DNA from: Chthoniobacteraceae bacterium
GTDB lineage: Bacteria > Verrucomicrobiota > Verrucomicrobiia > Chthoniobacterales > Chthoniobacteraceae
NCBI GenBank assembly: GCA_031409335.1
Contig: JANNWY010000027.1
Span: 1-14,158, forward strand
DNA length: 14,158 nucleotides
Direction of reading: 5' to 3'
Every line of letters starts with the position of its first letter. The first letter of the stretch is position 1. A model generated the notes under the pieces. It made no database searches. It was not told the DNA's origin and was given only the letters and a program-made list of their open reading frames with translations. A program made the translations under genes and the position numbers. Shown here piece after piece: positions 4,986 through 13,007 of this stretch.

Positions 4986-7684
4986 TATTTTTGGAAGGCT
5001 TTGTGTTTTGAATCCCCGCCCGAGAGCAGATAGGCCATCAGGTCCATCAACTCCTCGCGGTTCAAGCCCGAGATCATTCCCGGAGGCATGATGGATACTT
5101 GGGAGAACTCGATGCCTTCCACCTTATCCGCCGGAGCTTTGGTGATCTGGTTCAAATCAAAAGGGTTCGAGGCCACGCCCACTTCCTGGTCATTCCGGAA
5201 AATCAGACGGCCATAGAGCGGGTCGCCGTCTTTAAGTTTCACGATGCTGGCCATGTATTGTTCGGAAATGGACGCGCTGGGTTCGCAGATGGCTACGAGG
5301 ATGTCGCGGATGGAGTAGCGGCTGCCCAGTGCGCCGAGGTCGGGGCCGGAGTGACCGCCTTCGCCGCCGACGCGATGGCAGGCGATGCACAGTCCGGCGG
5401 AAAACATCTTTTTGCCGTTCTCGAAATCCCGGCCGCGAAGCTCCGATTCAAACAGCTTCGTCGCTGTCTCGACGGTCCACGCTTCACCCGGACCCTTGGG
5501 CTTTGGCAGTTTGGAAAGATCGAATGCGGGGAAGTCACCCAGCAACCCAACCATCAGCTCGACATCCTGTGTCTCAAGCTGGCCGATGGCATCCTTGCGA
5601 ATCGCCCGGATGTATCCGGCAAAGCTTTTGCCGCCGTCCTTTGCCAAGACCTCGTTCAGCCAGCCGAAGAAGTATTTTCGGTCTTCAATCGTCCACCCAC
5701 TGCGCACGCGACGCAGGCAATACGTGTAGTGGATGTTCCGAATGTTGGGAGTGTTCGCCATCATCTTCAATATCGCCGCGCCATACTCGTGACGCCCGAG
5801 CATTGCCTTGTCGTAGTCCACCGTCGCGGTGCGGGTGGCTTTCATCAGCTCGATGGTTTTCCGCACGACCGTCGGAGCGTCGAGCGAGGCCAGCACCCGG
5901 CACAACTCGGCGTTCACGGTGTCGTCCTTCGAAGGGTAATGAGCATCCAGCTTGGCGATGACGGCCGATGCTTTCTCCCCGACAGGCTGGCCCATGCGCA
6001 TGAAACAGAGCGCATAGGCACGGAGCAGCGCCAGTTGGTCTTCCCGCTCCAGCGAGCCAAAAGGCACCTCGCCAAGTTTGTCGAGAAGCCGAGCGGATTC
6101 GGATAAGTCGCCATGGCGACTCAGCGCGATGCCCGCATAAATCACGGCCCGTGGATTGCGCTCCGCGAAGACCTTCTCGCGCCACAGCGCCACGTCTTGG
6201 TTCTCGACGGCGACGCGCGCGGCATAGCGGATGTTGCGGTCCGCGTGCGCGAGATGCGGCCAAGCCTTCGCCACCGCATCCGCGCTGCCTTCGCCACGAA
6301 CGTGGAATTTCTCCAGCGAGTGACGCAAGGCCCGGAGTTCGCTGTTGGGATGTGGCACAGCCGTCTCGGCTGTGTGGCCATTGGGCGTCCCGCCCGATGC
6401 AACAGGCGGGACACCTGTTGGCCCCACAGGCAGGATGCCTGTGCCACGTTCGCCCGTGTGGCGGATTCGATAAAGCCGCGATGCCGTCGTGCGGCCACCG
6501 GTGAGGAAATACATCGAGCCATCAGGCCCGAAGCGCATCGCCGCGATGTTCAGCGGACTGCCGTGCAGAAACTCCCTCTTCGTGCCGGTGTAAGTAGAAC
6601 CGCTTTCCTGCATCTCCACGGTGAAAATTGTGCCGAAGGTCCAATCGCAAACGAACAGCCTGTCTTGAAACTCCGCCGGGAAATTTGAGTGATGCCCGAA
6701 GCTGATGGCCGTCGGTGAACCCGGTCCCATGTCGAGCACCGAGCCGAGGCTGTCGGCGAAATAGTCGAGCCACACACCGGTGTTCGCCCGCCAGCCAAAC
6801 TCCGCGCCGCTGGTGATGTGATTGATCCGCGTGGGCCGATACCACGGGACGCCGACATCGAACTCCATGTCGGAATCATAAGTGAACAGCTCGCCCTCGC
6901 GATTCAGCGCGATGTCCACGGAGTTGCGGAAACCTGAAGCGATCATTGTCCAGTCCTTGCCGTCGGGCGAAATCCGGCACACCCAACCGCCCGGTGGCCT
7001 GAGCCCCACCGCGTGGCCCGAAGGATCGGGAATGACCGGGTGGAGCGTGTCCTCCCGCCACACCGGCGGCTGCATGGAAGTCGTTCCCTTTGGCACGCGG
7101 GTGAAATTTCCACTCACCAAATACAACCCCTTGCCGTCGGCGGTCGGGATGATGGAGTGGGCGGAGTGCTCATATCCCATGTCTAATTTCTGGAGCAGCG
7201 TAAACTCGTCAAACTGGTCGTCCCCATCCGTGTCCCGAATGCGATAAAACCCCCGCATGTTCGACATGTAGAGACTGTCGAATGCGTAAAGAAAACCCAG
7301 CGCCCCGCCGACCTTGCGTTTCCCCCAATCCACCGGCTCATAAGGAAAACCCGGCAGGCTCTCGACTTTGATTGCCGCCCCCCCGGCAGGCAGCGTCACG
7401 CGGAACGCGCCCTTGTCATCCTGATCGGAAACGATGAGGCGGCCCTTCGGATCAAAAGCCATCGCCACCCACGAGCCTTGGGATTTCGGCACCTCGTAAA
7501 GCAACTCAGCGTCGAAGCCTGGTCGGAGGGAGAGTCCACTATCCCTATCCAGAGACAGAGGCGCGTTATCAGGTTGGCCGGCAAAAAGATGGGCGGTAAA
7601 AAATACGGAAATTAGAAGTCCCCATCTTTTACCGAACATTTTTTTGCCGGATAAAAAGTTAGCGGATAGTGGTGCAGGTGGCAT
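4985..7684 (-). CDS. PVC-type heme-binding protein: beta-propeller (membrane-bound dehydrogenase-like) domain, HEAT-like helical region and C-terminal cytochrome c (CxxCH)
   Basis: Propeller-like motifs WVAMAFDPKGRLIVS, GFRNSVDIALNREGELFTYDSDME and MRFGPDGSMYF. HEAT-like DRNIRYAARVAVE. C-terminal RDFENGKKMF...CIACHR...GPDL...SIMPPGM...DLMAYL resembles the Pirellula/Verrucomicrobium heme-binding domain. The track start 7831 overlaps the sulfatase, so ATG 7684 (or 7639) is preferred. Confidence 0.88.
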   Translation of the reverse strand: MPPAPLSANFLSGKKMFGKRWGLLISVFFTAHLFAGQPDNAPLSLDRDSGLSLRPGFDAELLYEVPKSQGSWVAMAFDPKGRLIVSDQDDKGAFRVTLPAGGAAIKVESLPGFPYEPVDWGKRKVGGALGFLYAFDSLYMSNMRGFYRIRDTDGDDQFDEFTLLQKLDMGYEHSAHSIIPTADGKGLYLVSGNFTRVPKGTTSMQPPVWREDTLHPVIPDPSGHAVGLRPPGGWVCRISPDGKDWTMIASGFRNSVDIALNREGELFTYDSDMEFDVGVPWYRPTRINHITSGAEFGWRANTGVWLDYFADSLGSVLDMGPGSPTAISFGHHSNFPAEFQDRLFVCDWTFGTIFTVEMQESGSTYTGTKREFLHGSPLNIAAMRFGPDGSMYFLTGGRTTASRLYRIRHTGERGTGILPVGPTGVPPVASGGTPNGHTAETAVPHPNSELRALRHSLEKFHVRGEGSADAVAKAWPHLAHADRNIRYAARVAVENQDVALWREKVFAERNPRAVIYAGIALSRHGDLSESARLLDKLGEVPFGSLEREDQLALLRAYALCFMRMGQPVGEKASAVIAKLDAHYPSKDDTVNAELCRVLASLDAPTVVRKTIELMKATRTATVDYDKAMLGRHEYGAAILKMMANTPNIRNIHYTYCLRRVRSGWTIEDRKYFFGWLNEVLAKDGGKSFAGYIRAIRKDAIGQLETQDVELMVGLLGDFPAFDLSKLPKPKGPGEAWTVETATKLFESELRGRDFENGKKMFSAGLCIACHRVGGEGGHSGPDLGALGSRYSIRDILVAICEPSASISEQYMASIVKLKDGDPLYGRLIFRNDQEVGVASNPFDLNQITKAPADKVEGIEFSQVSIMPPGMISGLNREELMDLMAYLLSGGDSKHKAFQK
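6352..6447. repeat. 96-bp composite REP-like element (four hairpin units forming one long palindrome, GTGG ends) in frame within the heme protein gene
   Basis: GTGGCACAGCCGTCTCGGCTGTG (6352-6374) and CACAGGCAGGATGCCTGTGCCAC (6425-6447) are inverted copies. The inner pair is GGCCATTGGGCGTCCCGCCCGATG / CAACAGGCGGGACACCTGTTGGCC. Length is divisible by 3. Confidence 0.9.
7576..7669. repeat. Second copy of the A-tract/T-tract palindrome, within the 5' coding region of the heme protein gene
   Basis: CCGGCAAAAAGATGGGCGGTAAAAAAT (7578-7604) pairs with ATCTTTTACCGAACATTTTTTTGCCGG (7624-7650) at 23/27 with a 19-nt loop. A partial further unit CCGGATAAAAAGTTAGCGGATA follows from 7647. Confidence 0.88.
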
Positions 7685-7731
7685 GACTGTGAGTGGTTGA
7701 GACTGAATTGATGTTGGCGTGGAGTTGCGAC

Positions 7732-9042
7732 TCATTTTCCCAAAGTATCGAAAGCTGTCTGCAATGCTTTGCGGGCAGCGGCTTCCTTTTCTGGCTCTTG
7801 GTTTTGGTTGGGCTTGGACGACTCCTCCCATAGTTGGACGACGCGACGCAGTTGGTTTTTGTTATCCAGCATGTAGTCACGATTTCTCACTTGGCGGTCT
7901 TCGGCATTCTGAATGTGAATCCATTCCCGAGGCTGGCCGGGTTTCCCGAGAAGCTGCGGGGCGAATGAGCGTCCGTGGATGCTCTGCTCGGGTAGTTTGG
8001 CCCCGGTGAGTTCGCAGATAGTGGGGAAGATGTCGGAGAGATCGACGAGACCCTCGCAGGTGCCGCCGGGCTGGATGCGCCCCGGCCAGCGCACGAGAAG
8101 CGGGACGTGGGTGCCGCGGTCGGTCATCGTGCCTTTGCCTCCAGCGATCTTCTTGCCGTCGCCCCAAGTATTCACGAGGTCACGGTCAGTGCCGTTGTCA
8201 GCGAGGAAAAGCACGATGGTGTTTTCGGCGATGCCGAGGTCATCGAGGGACTGGAGCATCGCGCCGATTTGCTTGTCGAGGTAGGCGAGCATATCCGGGA
8301 AAAATCTCGGGTCGCCCTTGTGACCGGCCTCGGGTGCCCGGTAAGTCTTGTCCTTGCTGTCCGGCGTAGGCTCCCACGGGTAATGCGGCAGGCAGGTCGC
8401 GTAGTGGGCGAAGAAGGGTGTTTTGCTTTTCGCGTTGGCTTTGATGAAGTCGAGATAGACTTCGAGGTCCACGTCCGGGCCGTATCGGTCTTTGAGTTCG
8501 TCGGCGATGATGCGCCCGTCGCGCATCAAATATGGGTTCCAGTAGCGCGTGGTCTTCTGGCCCTGCTCATCAAAGATGCCCCACGTCTGGCAATGGTCGA
8601 AGCCAAATTCCCGGATGGTGTTGTGCTTGTGCTCCAGGGCCACATGCCACTTGCCGACGAGCTGCGTGGCGTAGCCGTGCTGCCGGAGCTGGCGCACGAA
8701 GCTCGGCTGCGAAGGCCGCAGGTAAATGTTCTCCTGGCTCTTGCTGTGCAGCACGACTTTCAGTCCGTTTTGAAAAGGATACCGCCCTGTGAGTAACGTG
8801 CCCCGCGAGGGCGAGCAAAACGGATTCGAGAAACAATGCGTGAACCTCATGCCCTCCTTCGCAAGCCGGTCGAGGTTCGGTGTCTTATGCGAGGTGCCGC
8901 CATAGGCGGAAAGGCATTCCAAGCCGAGATCATCGGCAAGGATGAGGAGGACGTTGGGTTTTGCGGAAGCAAGGGAAGTGAGGGCGAAGAAGCACAAGGC
9001 AACCCATGCGGCGCGTAGAGATGTCGGTCCGCCGCGTTTCAT
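7732..9042 (-). CDS. Cys-type (formylglycine-dependent, S1) sulfatase, secreted
   Basis: Motifs KPNVLLILADDLG, CSPSRGTLLTG (CxPxR), GKWH, PHYP, ADNG and GGKG. The start is set at ATG 9042, which overlaps the upstream TGA (ATGA) and gives the signal peptide MKRGGPTSLRAAWVALCFFALTSLASA. Confidence 0.95.
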   Translation of the reverse strand: MKRGGPTSLRAAWVALCFFALTSLASAKPNVLLILADDLGLECLSAYGGTSHKTPNLDRLAKEGMRFTHCFSNPFCSPSRGTLLTGRYPFQNGLKVVLHSKSQENIYLRPSQPSFVRQLRQHGYATQLVGKWHVALEHKHNTIREFGFDHCQTWGIFDEQGQKTTRYWNPYLMRDGRIIADELKDRYGPDVDLEVYLDFIKANAKSKTPFFAHYATCLPHYPWEPTPDSKDKTYRAPEAGHKGDPRFFPDMLAYLDKQIGAMLQSLDDLGIAENTIVLFLADNGTDRDLVNTWGDGKKIAGGKGTMTDRGTHVPLLVRWPGRIQPGGTCEGLVDLSDIFPTICELTGAKLPEQSIHGRSFAPQLLGKPGQPREWIHIQNAEDRQVRNRDYMLDNKNQLRRVVQLWEESSKPNQNQEPEKEAAARKALQTAFDTLGK

Positions 9043-10382
9043 TTTTTTGCGAGTGAATTTGCCCACTGCGCGTGTGCTTTGAGCAGTTCCGCAGCGCGCT
9101 CTGATTCGCGGGCGATGAGGTTTTCAGTTTCGCCGCGGTCGTTTTGCAGATTCACGAGTGAGACCGGTTTGCGGCGGTCGCCAGTCAGCTTCCACGGCCC
9201 TCTGCGAATCGCCCAGTCGTCTCCAGACTGCCAGTGGAGGTCGCGTGGCGCAGAAGGGTGGGTGCCTTTGAAAATGGGCGCGATGTCCGTGCCATCGAAG
9301 ACCCGGTCGGCTGGCAGACTCGCGCCTGCGAGCTTTGCGAAGGTAGGCAGCAAATCCATGGTCATGAGTGGCGCATCGCTGGTCGCTCCCGCGGGGATCG
9401 CTCCCGGCCACGAGGCGATGAAAGGCACGCGATGCCCGCCTTCATACAGCGTGTCCTTTTTACCGCGCAGGTTGGCGTTCGCCGCGAAGCCCCGAGGAGC
9501 CGCCGGGCCGTTGTCGGAGCAGAAAATCACGAGCGTGTTGGATTCGAGTTGATGCTTGCGCAACTCCGCGACGACTGTGCCGACTGATTCGTCCAAGGTG
9601 CCGATCATCTCCTTATAGGTCTCCACCGGTGACTTCTTGCTACGCAGATCGCGGCCTTGCAGCGGGTTGTGCGGCGTTCCGTGCGCGAGGAAGAGAAAGA
9701 ACGGCGTGTTCTTGCTCCGCGCGATAAAGTCGGTGGCGTATCGCGTCAGTAAGTCCGTGGAGTAGCCCGCTTCGTTTTCGATGGTGCGGTTGTTCCACCA
9801 ATCCAGCTCCCTTGTGCCGTAGCCCGCAACGTGCGTGTGGTAGTCCACGTTGCCACCCATAAACCCGCGAAACTCGTCGAAGCCATATTCCATAGGGTGA
9901 AATTTGTGGTCGTAGCCAAGGTGCCATTTGCCGACGAGGGAAGTGCGGTATCCGGCCTGCCTCAGCAATGCTGGCAGCGTCAGGTCCGTTTTGGAAATTC
10001 CCCACGCCCACCTTTGCACAGGGTTCTTTTTGCGCTGTTCGCGAAAGACCGGCGAAAGCTCCTCGTCGGCGACCTGTGCGCAGCGCTGCTGGTAACGCCC
10101 GGTGAGTAGCGCGGCCCGAGTCGGGGAGCAAAGGGCGCCATTTCCGTGGAAGTCGGTGAACCTCATGCCGCCAGCGGCGAGGCGGTCGATCTGGGGCGTT
10201 TTGACTTCTACGTTGCCGTAACAACCGAGGGAGCCGTAGCCCAAATCATCCGCAAGGATGAGGACGATGTTGGGCTTCCGTGTTTCGGCGGCGATGGATA
10301 CGCCCAGGGTGAGCGCGAGGATGGCAAAGAGCCGTGCCGCAATGAATATTCGTCGGAGCCACTTTGATAACTTCGCTCTCAC
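9039..10382 (-). CDS. Cys-type (S1) arylsulfatase-like sulfatase, secreted
   Basis: Motifs KPNIVLILADDLGYG, CSPTRAALLTG, GKWHLG, PHNP, SDNG and LRGKKDTLYEGGHRVP. The GTG start overlaps the upstream TGA (GTGA). Signal peptide present. Confidence 0.95.
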   Translation of the reverse strand: MRAKLSKWLRRIFIAARLFAILALTLGVSIAAETRKPNIVLILADDLGYGSLGCYGNVEVKTPQIDRLAAGGMRFTDFHGNGALCSPTRAALLTGRYQQRCAQVADEELSPVFREQRKKNPVQRWAWGISKTDLTLPALLRQAGYRTSLVGKWHLGYDHKFHPMEYGFDEFRGFMGGNVDYHTHVAGYGTRELDWWNNRTIENEAGYSTDLLTRYATDFIARSKNTPFFLFLAHGTPHNPLQGRDLRSKKSPVETYKEMIGTLDESVGTVVAELRKHQLESNTLVIFCSDNGPAAPRGFAANANLRGKKDTLYEGGHRVPFIASWPGAIPAGATSDAPLMTMDLLPTFAKLAGASLPADRVFDGTDIAPIFKGTHPSAPRDLHWQSGDDWAIRRGPWKLTGDRRKPVSLVNLQNDRGETENLIARESERAAELLKAHAQWANSLAKK

Positions 10383-12736
10383 AGCCGGGCGTGCATGAGG
10401 ATAAACTCAACCAGCTCGGGGCACTCGAAGAACGAGGGCGCAATTTCGTGGCCTCCGCCGGGAATGATTTTCACAGCGCAGGTGCCGCCGGCGGATTCGT
10501 AGCGTTCTTTGAGCAGCTTGGTGTTGTCGTTGTAGGGCACCGTCCCATCCTTGTCGCCGTGGACGGAAAACATCGGCACTTTTTGCGCAGCGAGAGCGGC
10601 AAGGTTGTCGATAGGGTTGAACTCGCCAATCCGGGCGAGCAGGGCTTCCTCGGTCAAGGCGAAGTCGGCGAGGGTGTCCTTTTTCGAGGATTTCAGCGGG
10701 TAGCTTGCGAGGTTGCAGACGGGGTAGATGCCTGCCCATGCCTGCACTTTATCGGGGTTCCGAAACGCCCACGCGAGGGTCATCATTCCGCCACGACTTT
10801 GGCCGAGCAGGATGGGCTTTGATGAGTAGCCGCGTTTTACCATTTCATCGTAGAAAGGCGTGAACTTGGCGGTGCTCCCCGGCGCGCCGCGCACTTCGCC
10901 GAGGTCGAATCCGGCGACGGCAATGCCTGCCTGCATGAAGGCGTCGAAATACGCTTTGTGCTTCACGATGATGAAGTCGCCTTTGACGATAGGCGCATAC
11001 CAAATCCAAGGCTTGCCGTTGGCTGGCTGGGGCGCGGCATAAACGAACGCATTGTTGCCCTCGAGTTCGAAGATGTCGGCTTTCGCGGGGGCAGGCTTTT
11101 TCACCGCAGGCGGTCGCTTCCATGACTCGGGCCGGACGATTTGCTTGGCGGCTTCGAGTTTCTCCCGCAGGGCTTCGTAGGGGAGGTCTTGCACGCTCAC
11201 GCTTTTGTCGATGGCTAGGCCAGCGGCGATGGCGGCGCTTTGCGAGAGCGCCATGAAGACGGGTTCCATGCGGATGGAGCCGTGGGCGACGTGGGAGGCG
11301 GCAAGGCAGATGGGGGAGAAAAGGTTTTCGCACTCGCCCTTCTTCGGGATGATCGAGCGATAGGAAATGCCATACGGCTTGGGCGGCACGCGCCAGATGA
11401 CGCCTTCGTTTTGCACCTTGCCGTTGTCGGTGACGATGTGCTGCACGCAGTGCGAGTCCATGCCAAATGAGCCGAGCGCGACGGGGTCGGGGGCGCTGCG
11501 AGTTCCGACGCAGTCGAGCTGCGTCATGACGTAGTCGGTCCCCATGCGGCGGGCTTCGCGGATGTAGATCATCCACGGCCAACCGCCGTTGTCGGTGAAC
11601 TCATCCTTTGGCAGACCAAAGGCCGCTGTCTTCTGGCGGATTTTTTCCGGCACGCGCGGGCTGTTCGACATCGTCCACAGAAAGCCGCGGATGTAAGTTT
11701 CGTGCGCTTTTTCAATCTCGCGGCGGCGCTCGTAGTTGGCCTCGGGGTAGTCATAGTTTGCGCCGACATAGTCGGAGCCGACGGCGTGCATGTTGTTCCA
11801 ATCGACCTTCTTGCCCGGTCCCTCCAGCGGCTCGACGAGCGCGGGCAGACGCGTGTCGCCCGCATCGAAGTTGCGCAGCAACAGTTCGTGATCGATCTCG
11901 CGGTAGCCCGGCGGTTTTTCGATGGGGATGCGGTTCTCCGGATTCGTCGTGAGACAGACGCGGTAGTTGTAGGCCTGAATCTTTTTGTCGCCCTGACCGT
12001 TCGTGAGTCCTTCGATTTTATTGATGTGCGGGAGCAGCCCGCTGCTCGGGTCGCCGGGCTTCACGTAGGGGTCCACCTCTTTCACGAAATGATCCTTGTC
12101 CTTTTGTCCATAGTGGACGCGCGGGTTGGTGTCTCCGCGCCGCACGCCAGCGAGGTCCTCGCCGTATTGACTCTCCGGCTCACGCCCGACAGTAAAAGTC
12201 ACACCCGCCGCCGCCATCAAGTCGCCGACGTAAGTCGCGTCGATGAACATTTTTCCGCTGTAGGTCTTGCCGCTCAGCGTCGTGATGGCCGTGATGCGCT
12301 TGCCCTCCATCGTCACGCCCTTTCCGGAAATGCGGTCGAGCTTTTCGTTGTAAACCACGGTGACACCCGCAGCGGCGATCATCTTCTCAAACACCTGCTT
12401 GCCGACATGCGGCTCGAAACTGCGGACGAAATCCTTGTCGTAAGCCTTCGCGACGCCCGCATAAAACTCGGACGCAATCCCGCCAAACGTGCCCTGTTTG
12501 CCGAGGAAATCCGTCGCCCCGAGTCCACTCGCACTCATGCCACCGGGGAAGCCCGTGGGATTCACCCAGATGACCGAACGCCCCTCGCGCTTGGCAGAAA
12601 TCGCCGCAACGACCGCCCCGGACGAATCGCCATACACCACGACATCATGCAACGGGGCGGGTGAGTGGGACCTGCCGCTGGCATTCAGCGAAGACAATGT
12701 GAGACCGCACAGAATCAGGAGGATGGAGTATTTCAT
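10379..12736 (-). CDS. Secreted FAD-dependent oxidoreductase (FAD_oxidored/PF12831-like) fused to a C-terminal alpha/beta-hydrolase
   Basis: Signal peptide, then Rossmann start HDVVVYGDSSGAVVAAISA and family motifs GGMSASGLG, FIDATYVGDLMAAAGV, IQAYNYRVCLT, YIREARRM, DSH and SHVAHGSIRMEPVFM. After a Pro/Lys linker comes a hydrolase domain with GQSRGG (Ser), HGDKD (Asp) and GGGH (His). Confidence 0.88.
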   Translation of the reverse strand: MKYSILLILCGLTLSSLNASGRSHSPAPLHDVVVYGDSSGAVVAAISAKREGRSVIWVNPTGFPGGMSASGLGATDFLGKQGTFGGIASEFYAGVAKAYDKDFVRSFEPHVGKQVFEKMIAAAGVTVVYNEKLDRISGKGVTMEGKRITAITTLSGKTYSGKMFIDATYVGDLMAAAGVTFTVGREPESQYGEDLAGVRRGDTNPRVHYGQKDKDHFVKEVDPYVKPGDPSSGLLPHINKIEGLTNGQGDKKIQAYNYRVCLTTNPENRIPIEKPPGYREIDHELLLRNFDAGDTRLPALVEPLEGPGKKVDWNNMHAVGSDYVGANYDYPEANYERRREIEKAHETYIRGFLWTMSNSPRVPEKIRQKTAAFGLPKDEFTDNGGWPWMIYIREARRMGTDYVMTQLDCVGTRSAPDPVALGSFGMDSHCVQHIVTDNGKVQNEGVIWRVPPKPYGISYRSIIPKKGECENLFSPICLAASHVAHGSIRMEPVFMALSQSAAIAAGLAIDKSVSVQDLPYEALREKLEAAKQIVRPESWKRPPAVKKPAPAKADIFELEGNNAFVYAAPQPANGKPWIWYAPIVKGDFIIVKHKAYFDAFMQAGIAVAGFDLGEVRGAPGSTAKFTPFYDEMVKRGYSSKPILLGQSRGGMMTLAWAFRNPDKVQAWAGIYPVCNLASYPLKSSKKDTLADFALTEEALLARIGEFNPIDNLAALAAQKVPMFSVHGDKDGTVPYNDNTKLLKERYESAGGTCAVKIIPGGGHEIAPSFFECPELVEFILMHARL

Positions 12737-12781
12737 TGGATAGAATTGCTACGAAATCAGTTGTTGAACGCCGCACCGTTT

Positions 12782-12873
12782 GGAGGACTGCAGAGACAGC
12801 TTTTCACATTACATCCTCTGCGGTCTTCCCGTCTCTGCAGATCAGCGGTTGCCTAAAAGTTTGTTTTAGCAAC
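12782..12873. repeat. Intergenic GCAGAG-type palindromic repeat cluster plus an adjacent hairpin, upstream of the FAD oxidoreductase gene
   Basis: GGAGGACTGCAGAG (12782-12795) pairs with CTCTGCGGTCTTCC (12816-12829) at 12/14. CTGCAGAGAC (12788-12797) pairs perfectly with GTCTCTGCAG (12831-12840). GTTGCCTAAAA/TTTTAGCAAC forms a hairpin at 12848-12873. Confidence 0.7.
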
Positions 12874-12888
12874 GGCATCACGAAGAGT

Positions 12889-13007
12889 TCAACGGATTCT
12901 GAACAGCTCGCTGGTCACCACGGCTTCGATGAGCGAGCGCAAGCCGTGTCGATGCGGCGGCCGCAGGCGCAGGAGAGCAGCGCCGGGATAGTTCGATAGA
13001 GCTTCAT
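12889..13007 (-). pseudogene. Remnant of a probable DUF1592/DUF1588/DUF1585-type PVC protein gene with a large internal deletion
   Basis: ATG 13007 follows an A/C-rich leader and reads MKLYRTIPALLSCAC, like a signal-peptide start. In another frame 12948-12889 reads HGLRSLIEAVVTSELFRIR*, resembling the DUF1585 C-terminus as I recall it. Confidence 0.5.

Noticed and set aside
7685..7831. N-terminal extension of the heme protein to 7831 as in the ORF track
   Set aside because: It overlaps the sulfatase 3' end by 100 nt and buries the signal peptide. ATG 7684 or 7639 fits better.
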